Shown here: positions 8,909 through 18,333 of the stretch, piece after piece | Layout of the letters: every line of letters starts with the position of its first letter | How positions within the stretch are numbered: position 1 is the stretch's first letter | Assembly: GCA_016927995.1 (NCBI GenBank) | Contig: JAFGLO010000003.1 | Coordinates: 8,791 to 72,790, forward strand | Direction of reading: 5' to 3' | Origin: Candidatus Dojkabacteria bacterium | GTDB taxonomy: Bacteria; Patescibacteriota; Dojkabacteria; JAFGLO01 | DNA: 64,000 nucleotides | The notes under the pieces: generated by a model | Seen by the model: the letters and a program-made list of their open reading frames with translations, nothing else | Database searches by the model: none | Told to the model about the DNA's origin: nothing | Program-made: the position numbers and the translations under genes

Positions 8909-9544
8909 CTAACCTAAGTTTTCAATATCGTCCCAATCAAAACCCTTGCTTAAAAGAAACCGTACAGTTTTCTGATCCGAAGAGTCAAATTTTTTATTTC
9001 CGAATTTTTTTTGATAAACGGCTTTTAAAAGTGTCATTTCATCGATTTCAAGTTCGTTCCAAACCTCTTCTGCTAAGGTTTGCGAAATTCCTTTTGAGAA
9101 AAGCTCAGAAAAAATAAGACGTCTGCCCCTTGGTTTATTAGCTACTCTATCTTCTATAAAAGCCTGCGCAAAGTATCTGTCATTTAATAGTTTGGCTTCT
9201 AAAAGTCTTGTAATTACCTTATCGGCAATCTCGTTTTCATTTACACTTTGCGTATCCGAAAACCACTTTTTTCTGTTTTTAAAAAACAGGTTGGAAATAT
9301 ATTGTCTAACCTGCTCTCTTGTTCGTATCATTTTGGCAAGATATTTCACACAACGTTCGTAAAGCTTCTCAAAAAGTTCAGAATTTATAATTGTTGACAA
9401 CTCACTTTCCGAAATTTTTAGACTATCATAAAGTTTATGATCGGCAACAGTATTGATTGATGCCCCAAACGCAAATTTGCCGTCAAGATAAACATTAAAT
9501 CGGTTGGGATTTTTTGCTTGTGGAACAATCTCTGTAATAATCAT
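8909..9544 (-). CDS. recX: Regulatory protein RecX
   Basis: NPNRFNVYLDGKFAF N-terminus, LLNDRYFA, ELFSKGI, FLLSKGF repeats. Confidence 0.85.
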   Translation of the reverse strand: MIITEIVPQAKNPNRFNVYLDGKFAFGASINTVADHKLYDSLKISESELSTIINSELFEKLYERCVKYLAKMIRTREQVRQYISNLFFKNRKKWFSDTQSVNENEIADKVITRLLEAKLLNDRYFAQAFIEDRVANKPRGRRLIFSELFSKGISQTLAEEVWNELEIDEMTLLKAVYQKKFGNKKFDSSDQKTVRFLLSKGFDWDDIENLG

Positions 9545-10095
9545 GATTCAAAAATCACTACCTGAGGATCACCAATAACGGTCTGCCTTGGGCCTACATC
9601 TTTTCTAACAACACATCTGAGCCCAACTACTGCATCGTTCCCAATGGTTACACCTTTTAAAATTACGACCTCGCCGCCAACAAAAACCCTATCTCCAAGT
9701 TTGATCTCGCGCGAATCAACCGGCTTACTTAAATCTTTATGATGGGTCCAGTAGCCTTTGGAGTGAAAATCGTTGTCTTGGATAATTGCAGTGCTTAACA
9801 TGCAATCCTTACCGGTCTCCACAAGTTTTCTTGCAAAAATTGTTGTCCCGTTAAGCCGAGTACCCAGACCAATCTTTATTACGGCATCCTTAGATTGAGT
9901 GATAAGTTTTACACCACCCTGTGGTGCAAATGACCACGCATTAACATTATCGCCAATTACTACTTTTCCCGGACCTTTAATGATAAATCTTGGACAACAC
10001 GCAAAGTTTCTGCCAATGCTAATTCTTTTTCCCGCAAAAATTCGATACGGCAAAACCATAAAAAATGTAAGAATTTTCGCAAACAGCATTTTCAT
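9541..10095 (-). CDS. Hexapeptide-repeat acyltransferase (maltose/galactoside O-acetyltransferase-like)
   Basis: Hexapeptide repeats, DNDFH, VVILKGVTIGNDAVVG. Confidence 0.85.
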   Translation of the reverse strand: MKMLFAKILTFFMVLPYRIFAGKRISIGRNFACCPRFIIKGPGKVVIGDNVNAWSFAPQGGVKLITQSKDAVIKIGLGTRLNGTTIFARKLVETGKDCMLSTAIIQDNDFHSKGYWTHHKDLSKPVDSREIKLGDRVFVGGEVVILKGVTIGNDAVVGLRCVVRKDVGPRQTVIGDPQVVIFES

Positions 10096-10159
10096 GGAAT
10101 CTTGACTAAACTTACCCGTAAATTATATATCGATATAGCATTTGTTACAAAGCGGGTTG

Positions 10160-10954
10160 TTACGGTTCAGCCGGAGTAGGATTAAGTAGAACGTCTAAAA
10201 ATAATTGATACACAAGCCCACCAACGTTTAGTGGTAATCGTCTTGCACCGTTTCGTCCAACTACAATGCCGCTATCGTTTAATACCTCTATAAGATCTAG
10301 CTCCAACCTTTTAACAATCAAGTTGCATAATATTTCGGAGACGGATACTTCACGATTCTTAGGTATCTCCCTTATATACTTAAAATCTAATTGACGGCCT
10401 AAAATATATAACAAGCCACTATCCCCCAAAGCTATCAGACTATCTAATCCGGGTTTTATAATACAAATCTTTTTTACCGTTGGAAGCCTTTCATAGTCAA
10501 GTCCAGTTTTTAATTTAATACCATTACGAAAAAGCCCTTGAGCGGTTCCTCTATAAAACTCAAATGCTTTGAGTCTTTCTTTGTAATCTTGACCTGATGT
10601 TGGTACCTTGTCTCTTCTTCTATCAAGCTCCGCTAATTTATCTTTAGGAATCTCTTCCACATCTTCATACTCAGCAATTACCCGACCCACACTATCGATA
10701 ACTCCGCCAGCTGTTAACAGTTTCTTACAATCCGCAATACCAGAACGAAGAACTCCAAGATAAAGAGCTTTAACATTGATACTATTTCCTGCACTATCAC
10801 TAACAGTTACACTATCAATCCCCAAAGCTTGACATACTTGCTCATCAGTTACCAAATCCAAAAGAAAGTCAGTTCCTACGTATCTATCACGGATATCGTA
10901 CTGATCGTGAAAAACATCTCTGGAAAATTTTGTGGGGGTTTTATCGGGGCTCAA
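10160..10954 (-). CDS. Hypothetical protein
   Basis: 264-aa ORF filling the gap; no motif recognised. Confidence 0.6.
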   Translation of the reverse strand: MSPDKTPTKFSRDVFHDQYDIRDRYVGTDFLLDLVTDEQVCQALGIDSVTVSDSAGNSINVKALYLGVLRSGIADCKKLLTAGGVIDSVGRVIAEYEDVEEIPKDKLAELDRRRDKVPTSGQDYKERLKAFEFYRGTAQGLFRNGIKLKTGLDYERLPTVKKICIIKPGLDSLIALGDSGLLYILGRQLDFKYIREIPKNREVSVSEILCNLIVKRLELDLIEVLNDSGIVVGRNGARRLPLNVGGLVYQLFLDVLLNPTPAEP

Positions 10955-10975
10955 GAGATAATTAAATGATCTTAT

Positions 10976-11464
10976 TTATATTTCCGCAAAAATAACCACG
11001 TAATTGTGTCCATATTTTCGAGCGCACCTGGGACAGGTCGTAAAATAAAAATAATATTTTTTGGGCGACCATCGATTATCGGACAAATATTTCTCAAATT
11101 CTTTTATCCAAACAGATACATTATCAAACGGCCCATCAAAAACCTTTGACACATAAACACCTGAAAAAATAACATTTTTTGCGTTAGGCACTTCCTTATT
11201 TACGGCAATATAAAGCTCTGATTTCCAGGGAGAAGGATCATATGAAAGCATAAGAAAATCTTTTACGTCAGGAGCTGCATCAGACAATTGTGCCGCTTTC
11301 CAAAGTCCTGAAAACACTTTAGCAAATTTACCCGGAAGTGGAATATGCGCAATTTGAGGGATTGTATCCATAATAAACCTTTTTCTATCCCACTTGTGTA
11401 CCTTATCCAGGAAAGGAATTGGGTCAAATTTGGGACAACATTGAACGTCCGGTGAGTATGCCAC
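10976..11464 (-). CDS. Conserved putative hydrolase / GyrI-like protein with Cys motifs
   Basis: CCPKFDP start, SKVFDGPF, YFTTCPRCARKYGHNYVV end. Confidence 0.7.
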   Translation of the reverse strand: MAYSPDVQCCPKFDPIPFLDKVHKWDRKRFIMDTIPQIAHIPLPGKFAKVFSGLWKAAQLSDAAPDVKDFLMLSYDPSPWKSELYIAVNKEVPNAKNVIFSGVYVSKVFDGPFDNVSVWIKEFEKYLSDNRWSPKKYYFYFTTCPRCARKYGHNYVVIFAEI

Positions 11465-11620
11465 AATATGTCAATAAATTTATATTCAATTAGAGTTTAC
11501 CAACATCTCCATCAAATTTCTACAAGAAAGCAGCAAGAAAGGAAACTTAAGAATCAGCTATTCAGTATAAATTGGGAGCTTAATGATAAAGGTTGAACCT
11601 TTGCCGACCTTTGACTTAAG

Positions 11621-13297
11621 CTAAGGTCGGCTAATAATTTTTTTAAACCCGGAAAAAATCTCGTTTCTTCTAATAATAAGTTCAAGAACACCCCAGAAAG
11701 ATAATACTATTAATACAGAATAAAAAACAATTGTAATAGCCTTTGTATTCTCTTTTGTGTCAATTTCTGCTTTTAGTCCGGTAAATCCATCAATATAACC
11801 ATTATTATTCGGATAATTGGGCTCGTTTTCTAATTTTACTTCTAGAAGTAAGGTGTCTATATATTCTCCATAAGTTACCGAGATCTTATGTACTCCAATT
11901 GAAAGATTTTTAAGCGTACAGCTGGTTCCTACACACAACTCTCCATCAATGTTAGATGCCCATTTAATAAGTTCATTTGCAACGTTAGAGATACCACTGA
12001 CAGTTAAATCAAAGGTAAGCGTATCCCCGGCATTAACTACAAATCTCTCCTTATCCGTGTTAATTGCAAACTTTACTTCACCAATAATTACCGGAGTGGG
12101 AATAGGCGTGTCTGAGCTTCCCTGGCTTGGATTAACAGAAGGTGAGTCAGGAACCAACGGATTATTATCAACTACCGGCGGGTTGGGATTATACCAAGAA
12201 TAAGCGCTCGGCCGGTTCGATAATAAAATACCCTTATCCATTGCATAATCAAAATCCGCTATAAATTCCCACCAATTACGTAAAGGACTCCCTCCCGGAT
12301 CCAAAAGCCCATTGTTAAGCCCGGGAATATTTTGCATCCACCAAATTTTAAATCGGGCCCCACCATCGTCAGAACAGGTTAAGCCTGACCAAGTATGACA
12401 ATTTACATATTGAACCGTTCCACTTCCATCGGGACGCCAGTTGGCACAATTTGATAACACGGTAGTTTCACTATACCAATTGTAGTCATTCCCGGCAGGA
12501 ACATTTGGAGGACAGTGTGTCCAACCACAGGCATTTATTACTCCGCCTCTCTGCCCATGGGGATTAACAAACAAGTCCCACATAAAAGGATCATTACCTA
12601 AAATTGCCTCTATATGATGAGTATGATTTTCCAAAAGCTCCGAAAGTCCACGACCATAGTTCATGTTAAATAGGGAATATGATTTTTGACAAATGGGAAA
12701 AGCATTTACGTGTTCGGTGTTTCCATCGATTCCATAGTCGGGATAATTCCAATACTCCCGCGAGTCATAGCCCATTACAAGTACGGACTCCACCGGCTCC
12801 AAATCGGCATAATGGTACCCCCAAATCCAAACCTCTTTAACACCGTTATTATCGACGGCATTACAAATATTTTCACGCTCTAACATTCCTCTGTAATCAG
12901 GACGATAGACTCCAGGATTCCAAGGAATCTGATTCGTTGAACGAACAATATCTTCCAGATATTCAACCTGTTTATAAATACTGTAATCAAGCGAAATCAA
13001 TGCGGTTGGATCTTTATATCCATGATACTTTGTTGCCGCTTCCAAATTGTTTATTCCCTGATTTGTAACCGAGTTTATGCGTGATCTTAATTCAATCAAC
13101 GAGGAGACTCCCAAATAACCTGTTTTTGATAGGTCGAGCCCGCCCTCACCGGTAATCGGGATATAACTTATTACATAGACGGGTACACGAAAGCTGCTTT
13201 GGGCATAAGTGGGTGAAACAAGTTCCGTGCCAAATTGCGAGAATATATACAGTACAGCTAGCAAACTCAAGCACAATTTGAAAAATTTTCTACGCAT
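11621..13297 (-). CDS. Surface-anchored protein, putative metallopeptidase-like domain, Pro-rich linker, Ig-like domain, C-terminal TM
   Basis: Signal peptide; EVWIWG, LLENHTHHIE, CGWTHCPPN; C-terminal hydrophobic helix. Confidence 0.6.
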   Translation of the reverse strand: MRRKFFKLCLSLLAVLYIFSQFGTELVSPTYAQSSFRVPVYVISYIPITGEGGLDLSKTGYLGVSSLIELRSRINSVTNQGINNLEAATKYHGYKDPTALISLDYSIYKQVEYLEDIVRSTNQIPWNPGVYRPDYRGMLERENICNAVDNNGVKEVWIWGYHYADLEPVESVLVMGYDSREYWNYPDYGIDGNTEHVNAFPICQKSYSLFNMNYGRGLSELLENHTHHIEAILGNDPFMWDLFVNPHGQRGGVINACGWTHCPPNVPAGNDYNWYSETTVLSNCANWRPDGSGTVQYVNCHTWSGLTCSDDGGARFKIWWMQNIPGLNNGLLDPGGSPLRNWWEFIADFDYAMDKGILLSNRPSAYSWYNPNPPVVDNNPLVPDSPSVNPSQGSSDTPIPTPVIIGEVKFAINTDKERFVVNAGDTLTFDLTVSGISNVANELIKWASNIDGELCVGTSCTLKNLSIGVHKISVTYGEYIDTLLLEVKLENEPNYPNNNGYIDGFTGLKAEIDTKENTKAITIVFYSVLIVLSFWGVLELIIRRNEIFSGFKKIISRP

Positions 13298-13378
13298 CAG
13301 GCAAAATACTTTTACTCTTATATAGGTTCATTATACTATCAGCTGTAACTGAAGTAAATTTTCGTTTATACTCTTAGC

Positions 13379-13942
13379 ATGCGAACAATTCGAAAAGTTC
13401 TTAAAGCAATTAATCCCAAAGATCTCTGGATATTTATTTTACTTTTGGTTCCGGCAATTATTGTAATTGTTATAAACGCTTTGTTTAGGGAAACATATCT
13501 TCCGGCAATAGATGATATAGAACATGAAAATTGTTACTTAGTTACAGAAATTGTTGATGGCGACACAATTAAAATCAACTACAATGGAACCACCGAGACA
13601 GTAAGACTTATTGGCATTGATACCCCCGAGTTAAACTTAAGAAACTCTCAATACCCTGAGTGCTTTGCAAAAGAAGCAAAGATTAAATTGGAATCTCTTA
13701 TTGCCGATCAAATAATCTGTGTCGAAAATGATAATTCCCAGTTAGAAAGAGACAAGTATGATAGGCTGCTTTTTTATATTTTTAGAGAATCCGACAACCT
13801 TTTTATTAATAGGGAAATGATTTTGGAAGGCTTTGCCTATGAATATACTTATGATACTCCCTACAAATATCAATCCGAATTTATATCTGCCGAGGATCAA
13901 GCTATTACCCAAAACCTTGGGCTGTGGTCAGAATGTGATTAA
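13379..13942 (+). CDS. Thermonuclease (SNase-like), membrane-anchored
   Basis: VDGDTI, VRLIGIDTPE, DKYDRLL, GLW. Confidence 0.92.
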   Translation: MRTIRKVLKAINPKDLWIFILLLVPAIIVIVINALFRETYLPAIDDIEHENCYLVTEIVDGDTIKINYNGTTETVRLIGIDTPELNLRNSQYPECFAKEAKIKLESLIADQIICVENDNSQLERDKYDRLLFYIFRESDNLFINREMILEGFAYEYTYDTPYKYQSEFISAEDQAITQNLGLWSECD

Positions 13943-13996
13943 GTTAGGCGTGACTAGCCATTGTGACTAATTATCCCTTTTTTCGTATTCATTTGT

Positions 13997-14329
13997 ATGA
14001 AAACATTTTGGGAACGACTTCGTATCGTTTTAATAACAATTCTTATTACAATCGTGATTCCGGCAGGTCTAGTATTTATACTTGGAGACTCAATAAAAAA
14101 GCTATCTGACGTAGCTATTGAGGTAGAAGTTGCCACCGGAAGGCTTTCCTGGCTTAGCGACTACCCGATTTCTCGTGAGGGTGCTCTAACAATTCGTGAA
14201 AATCTTGGCATCTTGTCGCATACCCGAGAATACATGTTTTTTGATGCGCTTTTTACTGGACTCGTTTTTGCTATAATTATTGGCAGCGAGTATTTGCTTA
14301 TCTTAAGCGTGAAAGAGAATGAAGGTTAA
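13997..14329 (+). CDS. Small two-TM membrane protein
   Basis: Two hydrophobic segments; overlaps the next gene. Confidence 0.6.
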   Translation: MKTFWERLRIVLITILITIVIPAGLVFILGDSIKKLSDVAIEVEVATGRLSWLSDYPISREGALTIRENLGILSHTREYMFFDALFTGLVFAIIIGSEYLLILSVKENEG

Positions 14330-14930
14330 ATCACAACCTAACTTTATGTTACTTGCAGTTACCATCACTATTGGGACCCTTATGTTCTCAAATATTTTCA
14401 ATATACTAGCTTCGCCAGTTATACATTTTGCATCGGACTTAGTGATGACTCAAAGTACTTATGTCTGGGGTTATGCCGACTCCACAGCGCCTATCGGCGA
14501 GTTACTACAAACAAGATCAAGAGAACGAGCTTTCGAACTGGACGAAACAGACCCGAAATATATTCCTAAAGACGGAGGTAGATATGGCGAATATATGTTT
14601 CAAGACGCCATTTTCTATACGAGCATAAATATATTATGCATACTGGCAGTAGCAATAAGCATATTTGCCAAATATCCTAGAAGGGTCAATCTCTCTCTTT
14701 CCGTGATCATCCTATCCGTCACCCCGATCTTCTTCCTTGTTATAGGCTACTTCTTCGGGGGAGGACTTAATCCGTTACAATGGATATCCTTATTTACAAA
14801 TATCGTGATACCAATGATTGGTGAGCTAATCTTACCCTGTCTTGTAGGCGGAATAGTCCAGGGACTGATAATCATTGCGGGATGGGCTGTGTATAACATA
14901 ATTTCGAAACATTCGAAAAACAAAAAATGA
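14319..14930 (+). CDS. Multi-pass membrane protein
   Basis: About 4-5 hydrophobic segments; operonic overlaps on both sides. Confidence 0.65.
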   Translation: MKVKSQPNFMLLAVTITIGTLMFSNIFNILASPVIHFASDLVMTQSTYVWGYADSTAPIGELLQTRSRERAFELDETDPKYIPKDGGRYGEYMFQDAIFYTSINILCILAVAISIFAKYPRRVNLSLSVIILSVTPIFFLVIGYFFGGGLNPLQWISLFTNIVIPMIGELILPCLVGGIVQGLIIIAGWAVYNIISKHSKNKK

Positions 14931-15490
14931 AACCGTATAAGAATCCCCCCGTTGCGTTACTTATAGCAATAGCAACTTTTTTTATGCTGTGCATTAATAT
15001 AGGCCTTGCAAGAGAGAAGATTCAAACACACATAGATGAGATTATGGCTTACGAGAATTTATATGCTCCAAGTTGCTCAGAACATCACAAAATTGCATAA
15101 TGCAAAGCTTTTCCCCGAACACGTGACTGTCTCAAAAAGCTTGACACTATTTGCCCCGTAACAGATCCTTTAATTCCGGACAGACTAGAACAATATACTT
15201 TTCAAGACGAACTTAAATATACTGCAATCGCACTACTCTGGGGAATGATAACGTTTCTAACACTGACATTCAAATTTAAATCAATCCGTGGCATCGCATT
15301 AAGGATGTTTATAAATTACACGCTCATCTCTTCAACACTACTACCTGTACTCTTTTTCTACTCAAAGAATCTGGACACACTTTTATTTCAAATAGTAACA
15401 ACAGCAGCTATTATTTCAACACCTGTCCTGATCATACTTGCTGCTTTAATGATATATAAAATCCTGATTAAAAGATCTTCGAAAAACTAG
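14927..15490 (+). pseudogene. Membrane protein gene interrupted by one in-frame TAA (15098-15100)
   Basis: ATG 14927 overlaps the previous stop (ATGA); the frame continues past a single TAA into the 15245..15490 ORF. Confidence 0.7.
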
Positions 15491-15551
15491 ATTTGACCTG
15501 TTTTCGAGCCCGCCGTAAAATGGAATTACGTTAAGTTAATGCTTATTTTCC

Positions 15552-15689
15552 ATGGCGGAAGCCACAAAAAAGTCAGGTACCGCACAAAAAATCATAATTG
15601 CCTGCTGTAGTGTGCTTTTAATCTTGACCTGTTGTGCAGTAACCACGATAACAGTTTGGTTTGTATACAGCAGATTTTTGACAAGCTAA
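15552..15689 (+). CDS. 45-aa single-TM Cys-rich protein
   Basis: MAEATKKSGTAQKIIIACCSVLLILTCCAVTTITVWFVYSRFLTS; fills the intergenic gap. Confidence 0.5.
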   Translation: MAEATKKSGTAQKIIIACCSVLLILTCCAVTTITVWFVYSRFLTS

Positions 15690-15699
15690 ATTTCTTAAC

Positions 15700-16404
15700 C
15701 TATTCAAGTACAAACGGTCCATACCAGGCCTGGTTAACATAACCAATACCTGCTTGATAGTCTTGAATCCAAAGCACGTTAGATTTCGAGTCGATATAAA
15801 CATAAAATGTTGGAACCTCACAACACATATACTCTCCACCACTCGAAGTATCTAAATAAAGAGGATTTTTTGTAATGGGATTACAGTAGTCACGAGAAGA
15901 CTTATTGTCTGCAACAGGAATAAGCCGTTTAGGCGTGGGATAATCATGATAAATCTCAAGCCCTTCATCAATAGATTCTATTGATACAAGGTCTAAACCA
16001 GGACTCAAAAGTTTGTTTAGCAGGTGCAGTCGTGTATCCAATCGATTCTCAAAAGGACCGTAATATGAAACTTGGGCTGTCCCTAAACCCAATTCGTATT
16101 CTTTTATCCAGAAAATATTAGATTCCTTGTCAAGACAAATATCTACATAACCAGCAGGATCACACTGACAGGCCTCACAATATAAACTTATTGTTTTTAT
16201 TATCACGATGGGGTCGTTTGTAATAGGATTGCGATCATCAATAGGAACTAAGCCTATCTCTGTAGGAAATGATAGGTAATCACCTTTCAAAATTATTCTT
16301 TCATACTTCCAATTCGTAACCCAAAGAAAGGCACCTACCGATAGACAAATCACAATGAAGGCTCCTGTAATAATAGTGATTTTTACACCTAATTTGACCA
16401 TCAC
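15700..16404 (-). CDS. Membrane-anchored protein with a duplicated unknown domain
   Basis: N-terminal TM; two copies of NPIT...C...DxxSNxxWIxxYxxGxG...YGPF. Confidence 0.65.
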   Translation of the reverse strand: MMVKLGVKITIITGAFIVICLSVGAFLWVTNWKYERIILKGDYLSFPTEIGLVPIDDRNPITNDPIVIIKTISLYCEACQCDPAGYVDICLDKESNIFWIKEYELGLGTAQVSYYGPFENRLDTRLHLLNKLLSPGLDLVSIESIDEGLEIYHDYPTPKRLIPVADNKSSRDYCNPITKNPLYLDTSSGGEYMCCEVPTFYVYIDSKSNVLWIQDYQAGIGYVNQAWYGPFVLE

Positions 16405-16459
16405 AAGCCTCGTAAAAATTATATCTAATTGTATAGATTACGAAGGTTACAGTAAATGT

Positions 16460-17341
16460 TTAAAACAATGATTCTTGGCCAAAGCCGGCAATCCTGTGGG
16501 GTGCGTAGTGACGCATCCTTTTTTCAATCTTATATTTTTCACATGCCTCATTAAAAACCGAGTATAATAATTTTGCGTTTGGGCTACCGCATCCGTAGCT
16601 CTCGCGAAAAGTTTGGCGATATCTGTTAGATAGCCCGGGAAATAAAATATCCAGTTTTTTATAAAAAAACTCACGCTGCCTATCCCTTAAAGTCACCCCA
16701 AAGCTTGGCATTATATACTTTACCCCGCAATCAGCCGCCTGTTTAACAATATTAACCACGTTTTCCACGGTATCGTTAATAAATGGCAAAAGCGGCATTA
16801 ATAAAACACCAGTATAAATACCAGAATCAGAAAGTCTTTTTAATGCAGCAAACCGATTACTTGGCTTACTTGCCCCGGGTTCAAGTTTTGATGCCAAATC
16901 GTCGTCAAAAGTCGTTACTGTAAAAGCAATAGAAGCATAGGTTTTGGCAATTTCTGAAATTACGTCTATATCCCGCAAAATCATGTCGCTTTTGGTAAGA
17001 AGACTAAGCGGGAATTTATACCCAGCAATAAGTTCCAACGCCCGGCGCGTTAACCTATAATCCTTCTCAATATATGTGTACGGATCGCTCATTGCACCTG
17101 TTCCAATTGTCCCCTTAATCCGCTTTTGGGGAAGCTCATCTTTTAGCAGCGTAATCGCATTTTTCTTTACAATTATTTCCTTGTCAAAATTTTCAATTCC
17201 ATAACATTCACTTCGGGAATCACAGTAAATACAACGATGCTCACATCCACGATAGATGTTCATTGTGTATTTATGACCAAACCAGGAATCGGGTTTTGAA
17301 TGGTGGCCAAGAATAGTCTTGGCATTTATTTCTGTAATCAT
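16460..17341 (-). CDS. Radical SAM protein, spore photoproduct lyase-like family
   Basis: NIYRGCEHRCIYC, SDPY, LTKSD..LRD, LEPGA. Confidence 0.88.
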   Translation of the reverse strand: MITEINAKTILGHHSKPDSWFGHKYTMNIYRGCEHRCIYCDSRSECYGIENFDKEIIVKKNAITLLKDELPQKRIKGTIGTGAMSDPYTYIEKDYRLTRRALELIAGYKFPLSLLTKSDMILRDIDVISEIAKTYASIAFTVTTFDDDLASKLEPGASKPSNRFAALKRLSDSGIYTGVLLMPLLPFINDTVENVVNIVKQAADCGVKYIMPSFGVTLRDRQREFFYKKLDILFPGLSNRYRQTFRESYGCGSPNAKLLYSVFNEACEKYKIEKRMRHYAPHRIAGFGQESLF

Positions 17342-17408
17342 GATATTGCCTGCAATATATTGTATCAAATATGTGATATAATTTCACACATAAATTAACA
17401 AAACCTTC

Positions 17409-18305
17409 ATGAACTCCAACACAAATTCCGTCCAGGTATTCTTAAGAACCATTGCCTTTTTCTTAACGGCAGGCGTACTTGGCACGCTTTTATTTGTCCT
17501 AGCAATGGTTGTCGGCTTAAACAGCTCACTCGCTGCATGCATTACAATTCCTGGCGCAATAGCAATTTTGACACTTTCCGGAGTTGTCTCCGGCATGTTT
17601 TATGTACTTCCGGAATGGGAACGGCTTGTGCTTTTAAAGGTTGGTAAATATGCAGGTACCAAAGGCCCAGGACTTTTTGTTATTCCTCCCTTCCTTTATT
17701 CTGTTGCTGCAATTGTTGACACCCGAATTATCACAAAACAGGTAGAAGCAACAGCCACTCTTACAAAAGATAATGTTCCAACAAAGGTTACCGCAGCAAT
17801 CGAGTTTAAAATTGAAGATCCTCAGAAAGCCGTTATAAACGTTAGAGATTATCTAAGCACCGTAATTTGGCTTTCTACCGAGGCATTAAAAAACACTATT
17901 GGAAGCCTTGATCTTAAAGAACTTTTAAGTAATCGTGATGAAATCGCCAAAGCACTTGAAGATCAGATAGACAAAGAAGCTGCAGTTTATGGAATTGATG
18001 TTCGTGCAGTTCGTATTACAGATATTGACACTCCGCCACAACTTGTTGAAGAGCTGGCAGTTATTGCACGAGCAAGGCGTGCCGCTCAGGCCAAACAGCT
18101 TCAGGCCGATGCAGAAGTTGCCGTTGCACAAAAGATGGCCGAAGCTAGCAGGATTTTAGCTACGGAGGAAGGTGGATTTAAACTTCGTGAGCTTCAGAAC
18201 CTTTCTGAAATGTCAAAGGAAGAATCTGCAATGATTATTATTTACCCTTATGGCGATGACATGGGTAAACAGATTGCTGCTGCTGCTACAAACAGGAAGG
18301 AATGA
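17409..18305 (+). CDS. SPFH/stomatin (band 7) family protein
   Basis: EWERLVL...GPGL, TLTKDNV, coiled-coil tail. Confidence 0.9.
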   Translation: MNSNTNSVQVFLRTIAFFLTAGVLGTLLFVLAMVVGLNSSLAACITIPGAIAILTLSGVVSGMFYVLPEWERLVLLKVGKYAGTKGPGLFVIPPFLYSVAAIVDTRIITKQVEATATLTKDNVPTKVTAAIEFKIEDPQKAVINVRDYLSTVIWLSTEALKNTIGSLDLKELLSNRDEIAKALEDQIDKEAAVYGIDVRAVRITDIDTPPQLVEELAVIARARRAAQAKQLQADAEVAVAQKMAEASRILATEEGGFKLRELQNLSEMSKEESAMIIIYPYGDDMGKQIAAAATNRKE

Positions 18306-18333
18306 AAAGGTAAAGTAATCGGGACAGGTCCGT

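Noticed and set aside
15098-15100. Stop-codon reassignment or readthrough
   Set aside because: TAA, TAG and TGA all terminate genes normally elsewhere in the window
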